Source: a bacterium (lineage in GTDB: Bacteria; UBA8248). Taken from it: 64,000 nucleotides of DNA. The stretch is from positions 32,001 to 96,000 of the forward strand of contig CBDBZY010000038.1 of assembly GCA_965213685.1 (NCBI GenBank), written 5' to 3'. The notes below the pieces were generated by a model that was not told where the DNA came from, did no database searches, and worked only from the letters and a program-made list of their open reading frames with translations. Numbering within the stretch: position 1 is the first letter of the stretch; the number at the start of each line of letters is the position of its first letter. The translations under genes and the position numbers were made by a program. Positions 19,659 to 28,874 of this stretch are shown here, one piece after another.

Positions 19659-19787
19659 GGCGCCCTCCTCCCGGCGATACCCCCGAGATAGAATAGAAAC
19701 GTTGCCATATACGAACGATGCCAGGTTTTCAGGAGTATCACATGGCGCCATGCCGGTTCAATCGGCGGCAGGGCTGAGAGGGGGGCG

Positions 19788-20462
19788 TCAGCCGGATTTC
19801 GGGGCGTAGCGCAGGAACAGCTCATCCTCCACCCGCCGCACCTCCATGAGCGTCAATCCCAGGAATTCGCCCGACCGAAACCCCGCCCCGTCCACGAGCG
19901 TCGGGGCGGACGCCCCGCCCGCCAGCCAGGGGGTGAGCGTCACGTGAAACTCGTCGATGCGGCCGGCGAACTCCCACATGAGGCCGCCGCCGCCCTCGAG
20001 CAGGACGTTGTTCATCCCCCGACCCTCCAGATGCGCCAGCACCTGGGGCGCGAGGGCATCCTCCCCTTCCAGAAGAACGACCTGGGCGCGCTCTCCTTGC
20101 GCGTCCGTCAGGCGGGCCGCGCCTGCGGGACCGGTGAATACGAGCCTCTCGACGTCATCGGCCGCAAACCAGGGGAGCCGGGGGGGGAACGCGCCCCCTC
20201 TCGTGATCACGCCGTTCACAGGATGGGGGGGGCGGTTTTTCTCCAGGCGCTCCTCGACGAGGCGCCTCTCCCGAACCCGCGCGGGGTGCCGCGCCGCCCG
20301 CAGCGTTTCGCCCCCCCAGAGCACGACGTCCGCCCGCGCTCTCAGGCGATCCATCTCCAACCGGTCCGCCCGGGAGCCGATGGAGAGATTCTCCCGGTCA
20401 AAGGCGGCGATCTTCCCGTCAAGCGTCATCGCCAGGTTCGCGAACACAAACGGCTCGCCCAT
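19788..20462 (-). CDS. RibD C-terminal-domain (pyrimidine reductase/DHFR-fold) protein
   Basis: AMTLDGKI, LRARADVVLWGGET, VLLEGGG, IDEFHVTLTPWLAGG. Confidence 0.85.
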   Translation of the reverse strand: MGEPFVFANLAMTLDGKIAAFDRENLSIGSRADRLEMDRLRARADVVLWGGETLRAARHPARVRERRLVEERLEKNRPPHPVNGVITRGGAFPPRLPWFAADDVERLVFTGPAGAARLTDAQGERAQVVLLEGEDALAPQVLAHLEGRGMNNVLLEGGGGLMWEFAGRIDEFHVTLTPWLAGGASAPTLVDGAGFRSGEFLGLTLMEVRRVEDELFLRYAPKSG

Positions 20463-20580
20463 CGCGCTTCCCGCCCCGTGGTTGTGATTTGCCCGGATAA
20501 GGCAGTAAAGTTCCTTCTCGACCCGTCCTCGCGAGCGTTGGGCGAGCGTTGGCATTCTATTATAGAGGAGACAAAGCGCC

Positions 20581-21231
20581 ATGGGTGAATTCGACCAGCG
20601 GGTGGACCTCCCGGAGCTCGACCTGCAAAAACTCAACGTCGGGCCGTACAGCAACAACGTGTATGTCCTGACCTGCAAGGCGACGGGGGAGTGCGTCATC
20701 ATCGACACGTCCTACGCCGCTGCGCCGATTCTCGCCGCATGCGAGGGCGCTACGCCCAAATACATCCTGCAGACGCATTGCCACGCGGACCACATCGACG
20801 CACTCGAGGAGGTGCGCACCCGGACGGGCGCCCCGCTGGGACAGCACGCCGAAGACGCCAGGGAGTTCGGCATCCAGCCGGATTTCACCATCGGCGACGG
20901 CGAGGACATCCGGTTCGGGAACGTCGCGCTCCGGGCGATCCACGCACCCGGCCACTGCCGGGGGATGCTGATGTTCCATTACCCGGGGCACTGCGTCTGC
21001 GGGGATACGATTTTCCCCGGGGGGCCCGGAAAAACCTGGAGCCACGCGCAGCTGCTGACCCTGCTCGATTCCATCAGGAACAAGGTTTTCGCCCTGCCGG
21101 ACGACACGGTTCTCTACCCCGGGCACGGGGCGAACAGCACCGTCGCGCAGAGCAAGGAAGAATTCGCCAGGTTCGAGGCCGCCGGACGACCGGGGCCGAA
21201 CGAATACGGGGACGTCACCTGGGATGGCTAA
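20581..21231 (+). CDS. MBL-fold metallohydrolase (glyoxalase II-like)
   Basis: THCHADH, HAPGH, GDTIFPGG, YPGHG motifs; GAGGAG RBS. Confidence 0.92.
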   Translation: MGEFDQRVDLPELDLQKLNVGPYSNNVYVLTCKATGECVIIDTSYAAAPILAACEGATPKYILQTHCHADHIDALEEVRTRTGAPLGQHAEDAREFGIQPDFTIGDGEDIRFGNVALRAIHAPGHCRGMLMFHYPGHCVCGDTIFPGGPGKTWSHAQLLTLLDSIRNKVFALPDDTVLYPGHGANSTVAQSKEEFARFEAAGRPGPNEYGDVTWDG

Positions 21232-21250
21232 CACGGGAGGGAGGCCGGCC

Positions 21251-21644
21251 ATGCGATCCGCCGCCATCGAATTCGATCATGTGCACATCATCAGCAGGGA
21301 CCCGGAGGCCTCCGTGCGCTGGTTCGTCGAGAACCTCGGGGGCGAACGCGGGGAGGGGGGGCGAGGTGCGGGGCGCCCCGCAGATTCCCGTGCGATTCGG
21401 TGGTGCCACCGTCATCGTTCGGGGACAAAGAACAGGGGAGCGCGCGGGGGAGAAAGGCGGGCTCGAGTGGGGGACGGATCATTTCGCCTTTCGGGTGGAG
21501 GGGGATTTTCGCGCCTTTTGCGACGGGCTTCAGGAAAAGGGCGTCCGCTTCACCGTGGCGCCCGTCCAGTTCAACCCGACGACGCAGATCGCCTTCATCG
21601 AGGCGCCCGACGGCGTCAGCATCGAGCTGCTGCAAAGGACATGA
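21251..21644 (+). CDS. VOC/glyoxalase family protein (indel in G-run at ~21355)
   Basis: FDHVHIISRDPEASVRWF in one frame; TDHFAFRV...FIEAPDGVSIELLQ in the next. Confidence 0.82.
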
Positions 21645-21706
21645 AGACGGCGGGCGTCCACCCCGCCCCGAGAGACGGCGCGGCCCCCTCCTGAGAGGAA
21701 ACTCCG

Positions 21707-22756
21707 TTGCTTCGCCTCGCGCGCGTCATAGCGGCGCACCTCCTGATTATTCTGGCGGCCGGCCCGACCGCCGCGCAGGAGGGGCCTCCTGCAGGCCGCG
21801 GCTCCTTCCCCCCGCCCCCGCCGCTCGGCCTCGACGACGTTCCCGTCCCCGCGCACAACCCCATGACGCGGCCCAAGGCCGAACTCGGAAAATGGCTGTT
21901 CTTCGACAAGCGCCTCTCCGCCGACGGCTCCGTCTCGTGCGCGACCTGCCACATGCCCCGCCGCGGGTTCTCGAACGCGCGCCAGTATGGAGTCGGCGTC
22001 CAGGGCAGGCTCACCCTCCGCAACGTGCCCACGGTGCTCAACGCCGCCTACCACGACGCCCAGTTCTGGGACGGGCGCGCCGGGAGCCTGGAGGAGCAGG
22101 CGCGGGTGCCCATACTCCACCCGAGCGAGATGGCCTCGAGCGAGGCCCGCATCGTGCGGACGCTCGGGGCGATCCCCGGCTATGCGACACAGTTCCGCGA
22201 GGCGTTCGGAAGCCCGGCGATCAGCCTCGAGCGGGTCGTCCAGGCCATCGCCACGTTCGAGCGCACCCTGCTCTCGGGGAATTCCCCGTTTGACCGCTGG
22301 AGGTTCGGGGGCGAGGCGTCCGCGCTGTCCGAACGGGCGATCCGGGGTTTCGGGGTCTTCGCGTCGAAGGGAAATTGCGTGAAATGCCATCTGGCGGATG
22401 CGTTCAGCGCGCCGTTCACGGACGGCAAATTTCACAACACCGGGGTCGGCATGGACAAGACCCCCCTGCAGATCGGACGCGAAGCGGTCACGAAGCGCGT
22501 TCGGGACCGCGGCAAATTCAAGACGCCCACGTTGCGCCACATCGCCCGGACGGCCCCCTACATGCACGACGGCCGCTTTCGCACCCTGGAGGAGGTCGTG
22601 GAGTTCTACGACAGGGGCGGACACCCCAACCCCCACCTCGACCCCGACGTGAGGCCCCTGGGGCTCACGGACGCGGAAAAAAAAGACATGGTCGCCTTCC
22701 TGCGCACCCTGGAGGGCGACCTCCCGGAAATACGGGCGCCCGCGCTGCCGAGATGA
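21707..22756 (+). CDS. Di-heme cytochrome c peroxidase/MauG family protein
   Basis: Signal peptide; CATCH and CVKCH heme motifs; FWDGRA, FKTPTLR, APYMHDG. Confidence 0.94.
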   Translation: MLRLARVIAAHLLIILAAGPTAAQEGPPAGRGSFPPPPPLGLDDVPVPAHNPMTRPKAELGKWLFFDKRLSADGSVSCATCHMPRRGFSNARQYGVGVQGRLTLRNVPTVLNAAYHDAQFWDGRAGSLEEQARVPILHPSEMASSEARIVRTLGAIPGYATQFREAFGSPAISLERVVQAIATFERTLLSGNSPFDRWRFGGEASALSERAIRGFGVFASKGNCVKCHLADAFSAPFTDGKFHNTGVGMDKTPLQIGREAVTKRVRDRGKFKTPTLRHIARTAPYMHDGRFRTLEEVVEFYDRGGHPNPHLDPDVRPLGLTDAEKKDMVAFLRTLEGDLPEIRAPALPR

Positions 22757-22798
22757 GGCGCCGGAGGGGCGAGGGAGAGAGAGGAGGGAGGCTCATTA

Positions 22799-23233
22799 TT
22801 AATCCTTCAGCGGGTCTCTGGGGTCGTCCACGAACGTCGTGCCCGCCGCCTCCTTGTTGGGCATGCCGCCGTAGGTGAATATCAGTTCCGCGGGCGCGGT
22901 CATACTCGGGTTCTCCTGGCCGTGAACGCACCCGCGGGGGAAATACACGAAATGGCCGACGGGCACCTCTTTTCGGGCGATCTCCTCCCCCTCTTTCCAG
23001 TAAATGTTGATCGGACCTTTCACCACATAAATCGTGGTGTCGCAGTTCTTGTGAAAGTGCAGCCCGTTGCGCCCGCGCGGAGGGATGATGGTCCTCCCCA
23101 TGGTGATGGTGCCCGTCCCGGTCGTCTCCCGGTTCACCCCCCAGCGGATGTCGTAGGGAGGCTCGTAGGCCTTGTCCTCGTCCACGTCGAGAGAGTTGAT
23201 CACCTTTGGTATGGGCAGCAAATCCGCCATCAT
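22799..23233 (-). CDS. Cupin domain protein
   Basis: LHFHKNCD...YVVKG and YFPRGCVHGQEN cupin motifs; GGAGG RBS. Confidence 0.85.
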   Translation of the reverse strand: MMADLLPIPKVINSLDVDEDKAYEPPYDIRWGVNRETTGTGTITMGRTIIPPRGRNGLHFHKNCDTTIYVVKGPINIYWKEGEEIARKEVPVGHFVYFPRGCVHGQENPSMTAPAELIFTYGGMPNKEAAGTTFVDDPRDPLKD

Positions 23234-23326
23234 GTTCCCTCCTCAGATACGGAATCCGCGTCATCCACCATCCACGTCATCCATCATGCACATGACCAAA
23301 TCATTATCATGAAAGCCTCTCGCCAC

Positions 23327-24562
23327 TCATCCGCCGCCCCCGCCGCGGGGCGGGTCGGTCCACGAAACGACGTTCTTCTCCCGCAAATCCTCCAGCTCCG
23401 GGGGGGCGATGCCCAGCAGGTCTCCGAGAACCTCCCGCGTATGCTCGCCCAGATAGGGTGCCCGCGTGAATTTCATGTCGGCCCCGGGCAGCCGGATGGG
23501 CGGTCCCAGGAGCCGCATCGCACCCGCCACGGGGTGTGCCACCTCCACGATCATCTCCCGCGCCAGCACCTGCGGGTCCTCCATCGCCTCGGCCACGGTG
23601 TTCACCGGCGCGAACGGAACGAACCCCTGGAGGAGGGAGGTCCACTCCGCGTTCGTTTTTTTCCGGAACTCGCGCTTCAGGATGTCCAGCAAGACCTCCC
23701 GGTTATCGAAGCGATCCCGGGTCGTGCGGAAGCGGGGGTCCCCGGCCAACTCCGCCCTGCCCATCCGCTCCACGAGGATGGGGAAAAAATCATGCTTGAG
23801 GCAAAGCACGCTCACCCAGCCGTCTTCGGTCTGAAAATTCTGTGCCGGCACCAGGGAGGGATGCGCGCTCTGGGAGAATTTCTGGGGGACGTAGCCGCAG
23901 TTCAGCGCCCAGGTGGCCATATAGGCGAGCTGGACGAGCGCGCCATCCATCAGCGCCACGTCAACGTCGCGTCCCCTGCCCGTTCGACCCGCCTCCCACA
24001 GCGCGGACAACAGCCCCACGAGCGCGATGAATCCGCCCGAGAAATCCACGAAGCTCACGCCCGCCTTCGTGGGGGGGCCGTCCGGCTCCCCCGTGAGGTT
24101 CATGATGCCGGCGTACGCCTGCATGAGATAGTCATACGCGGGCTCGGGCGCCCTAGGTCCCGTCATCCCGAATCCGGACAGAAAACAGCACACGATTTTC
24201 TCGTTGTAGGGACTCAGGTGCCGGTAGGTGATCCCCAGCTTCTCGGGCGCGGTGCCCCGGCAGTTGGCGAACAGCGCGTCCGCCTCTGCGACGAGCCTGC
24301 GCAGTATCGCCCTTCCCTCCGGCGTGCGAATCCGCAGCGCCACGCTCTTCTTGTTGCGGTTGAACGTCTGGAAATAGTAGCTGTCGTTCTCCGGAAGGGA
24401 ATAGGGGGGAACGGGCCGCGCGGAGTCGCCGCCCACGGCGTGGTCCTCGATTTTGATGACCTCGGCACCCATGTCCGCCAACAGCTGCGAGGCCAGCGGC
24501 CCCGCCCCGAACTGCTCGACCGCCAGGATTCGCAGCCCCTCCAGCGGACGCCCGCCATCCAT
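23327..24562 (-). CDS. Family III CoA-transferase (CaiB/BaiF)
   Basis: PLEGLRIL, AGPLASQLLADMGAEVIKIE, NRNKKS, catalytic Asp in SFVD, APYLGEHT. Confidence 0.95.
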   Translation of the reverse strand: MDGGRPLEGLRILAVEQFGAGPLASQLLADMGAEVIKIEDHAVGGDSARPVPPYSLPENDSYYFQTFNRNKKSVALRIRTPEGRAILRRLVAEADALFANCRGTAPEKLGITYRHLSPYNEKIVCCFLSGFGMTGPRAPEPAYDYLMQAYAGIMNLTGEPDGPPTKAGVSFVDFSGGFIALVGLLSALWEAGRTGRGRDVDVALMDGALVQLAYMATWALNCGYVPQKFSQSAHPSLVPAQNFQTEDGWVSVLCLKHDFFPILVERMGRAELAGDPRFRTTRDRFDNREVLLDILKREFRKKTNAEWTSLLQGFVPFAPVNTVAEAMEDPQVLAREMIVEVAHPVAGAMRLLGPPIRLPGADMKFTRAPYLGEHTREVLGDLLGIAPPELEDLREKNVVSWTDPPRGGGGG

Positions 24563-24744
24563 TCGCACGACCTCTCTCTCCAGAAATTTCCGGGCGCGGG
24601 ATTCGACGCATCATGCGGCGTCAGATGCGTTCCCGGGGGCCGACGATGCGCCGGCGCCGGGGCGACATCAACGCCTTCTCCCCCGCAGGATCACGCCGCA
24701 GGAGCGCGCATCCGCGCCCATGAGCATCAGATTAGTGTAAAACG

Positions 24745-24764
24745 CCGCAAAAGTATATTTGCGG
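24745..24764. promoter_or_regulatory. Inverted repeat in the divergent promoter region (candidate operator)
   Basis: CCGCAAA-agtata-TTTGCGG between the CoA-transferase and the ABC ATPase. Confidence 0.4.
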
Positions 24765-24870
24765 TTTCTCATCCGCCGGGTATTTTGCTAGAATGGCTTT
24801 CCACGTGTTTGATTTTGGAAATATGTCGGATAGGGCTTTCGTCTTTCACAGATGGGGAATCTCCACATCC

Positions 24871-25617
24871 ATGGCCACGAAAATATCGATTCAGAACCTG
24901 CGAAAAATCTATGATACCCCCGAACGGCGGGTTCACGCCCTCGAAGGCGTGAATCTCGACATCGCCGACGGCGAGTTCCTCTGTCTCGTCGGGCTGTCGG
25001 GCTGCGGGAAAACGACGCTGCTGAACATGCTCGCCGGCTTCGTCGAGATTACCGCGGGGCACATCACGCTGGACGGGAGGACGCTTTCGCAAGATTACGA
25101 CAAGGGCGTCGTGTTCCAGGAATACGCCCTGTTCCCCTGGCGCACGGCCAGGCAAAACGTGGAATACGGCCTGGAGATCCGGAAGGTGCCGGAGGAGGAA
25201 CGCAGAAAAATCGCCCTGGATTTTCTGCGCCTCGTGCGCCTGGAGGATTTCGCGGATTTCTTCCCGCACAACCTCTCGGGCGGGATGCGCCAGCGGGTGG
25301 CGGTGGCCCGGGCCATGGCATTTGACCCGCAAGTTCTCCTGATGGATGAGCCGTTCGGCGCACTCGACGCCCAGACGCGCGAGGAATTGCAGGAGCTGAC
25401 CGTCGACGTATGGCAGAAAACGAAAAAGACCATCATCTACGTCACCCACAACCTGAGCGAGGCCGTGTATCTGGGGAACCGAATCGTCGTTTTCGTTCCG
25501 AACCCGGGAAGAATTCGGGAGATCGTGAAAGTGGACCTCCCCAGGCCCAGGGACGATCTCGCGCCCGAGTTCATCCGACTGCAACGACACGTCAACGCTC
25601 TGATTCGTGATTTCTAG
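24871..25617 (+). CDS. NitT/TauT-family ABC transporter ATP-binding protein
   Basis: GLSGCGKTT Walker A, LSGGMRQR, LLMDEPFGALD, VTH; PRPRD tail. Confidence 0.95.
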   Translation: MATKISIQNLRKIYDTPERRVHALEGVNLDIADGEFLCLVGLSGCGKTTLLNMLAGFVEITAGHITLDGRTLSQDYDKGVVFQEYALFPWRTARQNVEYGLEIRKVPEEERRKIALDFLRLVRLEDFADFFPHNLSGGMRQRVAVARAMAFDPQVLLMDEPFGALDAQTREELQELTVDVWQKTKKTIIYVTHNLSEAVYLGNRIVVFVPNPGRIREIVKVDLPRPRDDLAPEFIRLQRHVNALIRDF

Positions 25618-25630
25618 AGAGGAATAACCT

Positions 25631-26557
25631 ATGCAAACCTCCCAGGCAGCGTCCGCTCCCCAGGCGATGGACGAGGTGAAAAAAAAGGTGAGGGTGCCGA
25701 TATGGGTGAAGCTGCGGCCGATCTACCCGTTCATCGTCATCCTGGCGATCTGGCAAATCGCCGCCATGCAGGCACAGGGCAACCAGGGGAGGCTCTTCCC
25801 CACCGTGGACGCCATCGTCTATCGGGCATGGGAGCTGATTACGGGCCCCCTGTTCCGGGCGCTGGCGGAAAACCCGAACCTCGCGTTTGGGGAGCAGCTG
25901 TGGAAGCTCCTGGAGAGCCCGATTCTGCTCCACACCATCAACACCGCGTGGCGTCTGCCGTTCTCGTTTTTGATCGCCGCCGTCGTCGGCACCATCGTGG
26001 GCATACTGATGGGGCGCTTCGCCTTCTGGGAGTCGTTTTTCGTTCCGCTCCTCTCCGTGCTGCTGCCGATTCCGGCCATCGCATGGACGCCCATCGTCGT
26101 CATCTGGTCGGGCATCGGGAACCAGACGGTCATCGTCATCACGGCCTTCGCCTCCTTCCTGCCCATCGCCATGGCCGTCTGGACGGGCGTGAAAACCGTC
26201 AACCCCGTATGGATACGCGCGGCCCAGTCCATGAACGCGGACAAGATGACGATCTTCCGCACCGTCGTTCTGCCGGGCTCGCTGCCGATGATCCTGAGCG
26301 GTCTGCGCATCGGCCTGGCGCGCGCCTGGCGCGCGGGCGTGGGCGCCGAGGCGTTCGCCGGCATCCGCTGGGGGCTTTCCGCCGGCATCTTCGACGCCCA
26401 GGAATACCTTGACATCGCGTTCATGATGGTCGCACTCGCCGTCCTCGGACTTTTCGGCTTCGTCCTCGAAAAAGTGCTCTTCCAGCCCCTCGAAAGCCGC
26501 ACCGTCATCCGCTGGGGCATGATGGAGGCGATGGGCGGCCAGGACAAAAAGGTGTAA
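25631..26557 (+). CDS. NitT/TauT-family ABC transporter permease
   Basis: Multiple TM helices, PIPAIAWTP, EAA-like AAQSMNA...VVLPGSLP. Confidence 0.93.
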   Translation: MQTSQAASAPQAMDEVKKKVRVPIWVKLRPIYPFIVILAIWQIAAMQAQGNQGRLFPTVDAIVYRAWELITGPLFRALAENPNLAFGEQLWKLLESPILLHTINTAWRLPFSFLIAAVVGTIVGILMGRFAFWESFFVPLLSVLLPIPAIAWTPIVVIWSGIGNQTVIVITAFASFLPIAMAVWTGVKTVNPVWIRAAQSMNADKMTIFRTVVLPGSLPMILSGLRIGLARAWRAGVGAEAFAGIRWGLSAGIFDAQEYLDIAFMMVALAVLGLFGFVLEKVLFQPLESRTVIRWGMMEAMGGQDKKV

Positions 26558-26588
26558 CCACAACCAGACCGCAGAACCGCGCGCGAAA

Positions 26589-26636
26589 CAAGAATTAGAC
26601 CCCCGGGAGCAGAAATTCCCGGGGGTCTAATTCTTG
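26589..26636. terminator. 20-bp perfect inverted repeat downstream of the permease (terminator or REP-like)
   Basis: CAAGAATTAGACCCCCGGGA - 8 nt - TCCCGGGGGTCTAATTCTTG. Confidence 0.6.
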
Positions 26637-26798
26637 CCGGCGCCTTTCGTCCCTCCCTCCTCTCTCTCGGCGCCTTTTCGCCTCCGGGGGACGGCGGCCA
26701 CCAGTCCCTCCCCTCCCTCCCCGTGCGAAGAGTTTTGTTTGCATTTCGCCCCCCTCCCCTCCGCCACGCGCGGAGATTTTGTTGGGTTGGGTTGAGTC

Positions 26799-26952
26799 CG
26801 CGCCGCCGCCCCGCGCGCCCTCCCTCGCGCATGAACGCGGATATGGCTGCCGTCGTTGTCCGTCCCGCCTTACAGAACGCGCCGCCGCCCCGCGCGCCCT
26901 CGCGCATGAACACGGGGATATGGCTGCGGTTGTCCGTCCCGCCATTACAGAA
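26799..26952. repeat. Imperfect tandem duplication, ~77 bp x2
   Basis: CGCGCCGCCGCCCCGCGCGCCCT..CGCGCATGAAC..GGATATGGCTGC..GTTGTCCGTCCCGCC.TTACAGAA occurs at 26799 and at 26878. Confidence 0.85.
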
Positions 26953-27251
26953 CGCGCGACAGAACCGCGCGGCGGGGGAGTAGTCTTGCGCGCGCGGCGG
27001 CGGTCCGCGCGGAATCCTGAAATCCTGGACGCGACCGCGCTTTTCCTCTCTCACAGAGTCCGCGCGCATCCTCCCTCCTCTCTCTCCCTTTTTCGATGCG
27101 CGACGGGGCGCGTCGGCTGATCATCCGCACCGGGCGGCGGCCGTTCGGGAAAGGCTTGGGGGGCGGGGGCGGTGCGACGCACGAACAGGCCGGGGGGGGG
27201 GGGGGGGGGACCCGCGCGCCCTCACACGCTTCTCCGCGGGATTCCGTCCAC

Positions 27252-27293
27252 AAAAAAACCCTCGGGGGATGATGGGCATCCCCCGAGGGTTTT
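27252..27293 (-). terminator. Rho-independent terminator of the substrate-binding-protein gene
   Basis: AAAACCCTCGGGGGATG/CATCCCCCGAGGGTTTT stem ending in a T7 run on the minus strand. Confidence 0.8.
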
Positions 27294-27356
27294 CCTTGCT
27301 TGGTACTCGGTGCTTGGCGGCCTGTGCGTGCCGCCGCCGACGCGACCCGCTCAAGC

Positions 27357-28349
27357 CTAGTTGAAGCCGATGTCCTTCGCGGCCTTGCGGAGGATGGAGT
27401 CGTCGAGGAACGGGCTCTTGCGGAAGTCGGGACGGCTCTTGATCCAGCCGAGCTGTATCTGCTTGTCCCCCATCTTGTTCAGATAGTTCCGCACCCTGTC
27501 GTTCAGGAAGATTTCGGACTTCATCTTCTTGACGACCTTGAGCGTGGTGCTCTCCTTGGCCTTGTCGCCGACTTCCTGCAACGCCCTGGTGTAGACCTTG
27601 GCGTAGGTCCCGGGGTCTTTTTTCAGGAGTTGATGCGCCTTCAGCCAGCCCCGGAAGTACTTGTAGTAGAGGTCGGGGTGTTTTTTCATCGTCTGGGGGT
27701 TGCCCACGTGCATCATGCTCGGGTTGTCATATTTGCAGAGATCCTCGAGATACCGGACCAGACCCGCCTCGCGGGCGATCTCCCCCTGGGGCTCGCCTAT
27801 CATGGCAGCCTGGGCGGCGCCGGAGAGCAGGGCGGCGACGCGCTCCGTGGCGCGAACGCTCAGGAGCGGGAAGTCCGAGCTCTTCAGGCCATACGCCGGA
27901 AGAACGAAGGCCTGGAAGGCGAAGTCCGTGCTCGTGCCCTTCTTGTTGGCGAAAACCGAGCCTTTGAGATCGCGCAGGCTCTTCGCCTTGGAGTTCACGG
28001 GCACGATGATGTTGATGGCCTCGCACATGTTGGCCGTCACGCCGATCGCCATCACCCGCGCGCCTTTGGAGATGGCCGTGGTGAAGGGGGAGAAGCCCGT
28101 GGTGCCGGTGTCCAGGTTGTTCTGGATAATGGCGTTACGCATCAGTTTGCCCTGCTTGAAGTGCCCGATCGTGTACTTCAGGCCTTCTTTTTTCCAGTAG
28201 CCCATGCGGTCGGCGATGATCTCGAAGGAACCCCACATGGAGCGGTGCGCACCGATTCGCAGCGTCGCCGAATCGGCCGGCACGGCCGCGGCGAACGTCC
28301 CCGCGACAAATGCGGCGGCCAGTGCGAAACCAACTAGTCTTTTACGCAT
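27357..28349 (-). CDS. NitT/TauT (SsuA/THI5-like) ABC substrate-binding protein
   Basis: Signal peptide MRKRLVGFALAAAF; MGYWKKEGL, SLRDLKG, GTST, ALLSGAAQAA..GEP; GAGGAG RBS. Confidence 0.9.
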   Translation of the reverse strand: MRKRLVGFALAAAFVAGTFAAAVPADSATLRIGAHRSMWGSFEIIADRMGYWKKEGLKYTIGHFKQGKLMRNAIIQNNLDTGTTGFSPFTTAISKGARVMAIGVTANMCEAINIIVPVNSKAKSLRDLKGSVFANKKGTSTDFAFQAFVLPAYGLKSSDFPLLSVRATERVAALLSGAAQAAMIGEPQGEIAREAGLVRYLEDLCKYDNPSMMHVGNPQTMKKHPDLYYKYFRGWLKAHQLLKKDPGTYAKVYTRALQEVGDKAKESTTLKVVKKMKSEIFLNDRVRNYLNKMGDKQIQLGWIKSRPDFRKSPFLDDSILRKAAKDIGFN

Positions 28350-28552
28350 CTCTTCTCTCCTCACTTGTAGACAAAGACTCCCTGGGAGACAGGCCCCCCA
28401 GGCATGGCTAGAAGGCGCAGGATGACGACGCGGGGACGTCCTCGGCCCCGGACAATCCATACGCCAGTGACTCGAACAGCGATGATTCGTCGTTCACGTC
28501 CAAAAGGCAACCTCGCCGGCGGCGAACCCGTTTTTTGATGTTCTTTCCCGTC

Positions 28553-28581
28553 ATTATACAACAGAATTGGAATTCCGCCAA
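28553..28581 (-). promoter_or_regulatory. Sigma70-type promoter of the substrate-binding-protein gene
   Basis: TTGGCG-17-TATAAT, ~200 nt upstream of the ATG. Confidence 0.55.
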
Positions 28582-28698
28582 AACCCAAATCGTGGAGGCG
28601 GCCGGTTCCCCGGCCCCAGGCTCCGGAACGCGCCCGTCTTCTCGTCTATCCCAACTTGTCTATCCCAGGAGGGCGCGGCTCCGGGCGATTCGGGAAAA

Positions 28699-28775
28699 TG
28701 GCGGGGCTGACGGGACTCGAACCCGCGATCTCTGGCTTGACAGGCCAGCGCGATAACCAACTTCGCTACAGCCCC
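28699..28775 (-). tRNA. tRNA-Asp(GTC)
   Basis: 77-nt cloverleaf, anticodon arm CTGGC-CTGTCAA-GCCAG, G73 and encoded CCA. Confidence 0.96.
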
Positions 28776-28803
28776 CTTGGAAGCGTCCTCCGAAGCGTGT
28801 GGG

Positions 28804-28832
28804 TTTATAGCCCGCCCGCCGGCCCAAGTCAA
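28804..28832 (-). promoter_or_regulatory. Sigma70 promoter of tRNA-Asp
   Basis: TTGACT-17-TATAAA. Confidence 0.7.
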
Positions 28833-28874
28833 CATCCCCGGTCGACAGAGGCAACTACCCGGGCCTCGCGCCGC

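Noticed and set aside
19700-19755. Sigma54 promoter upstream of E1 alpha
   Set aside because: TGGCA is present on the minus strand, but there is no correctly spaced TTGC -12 element.
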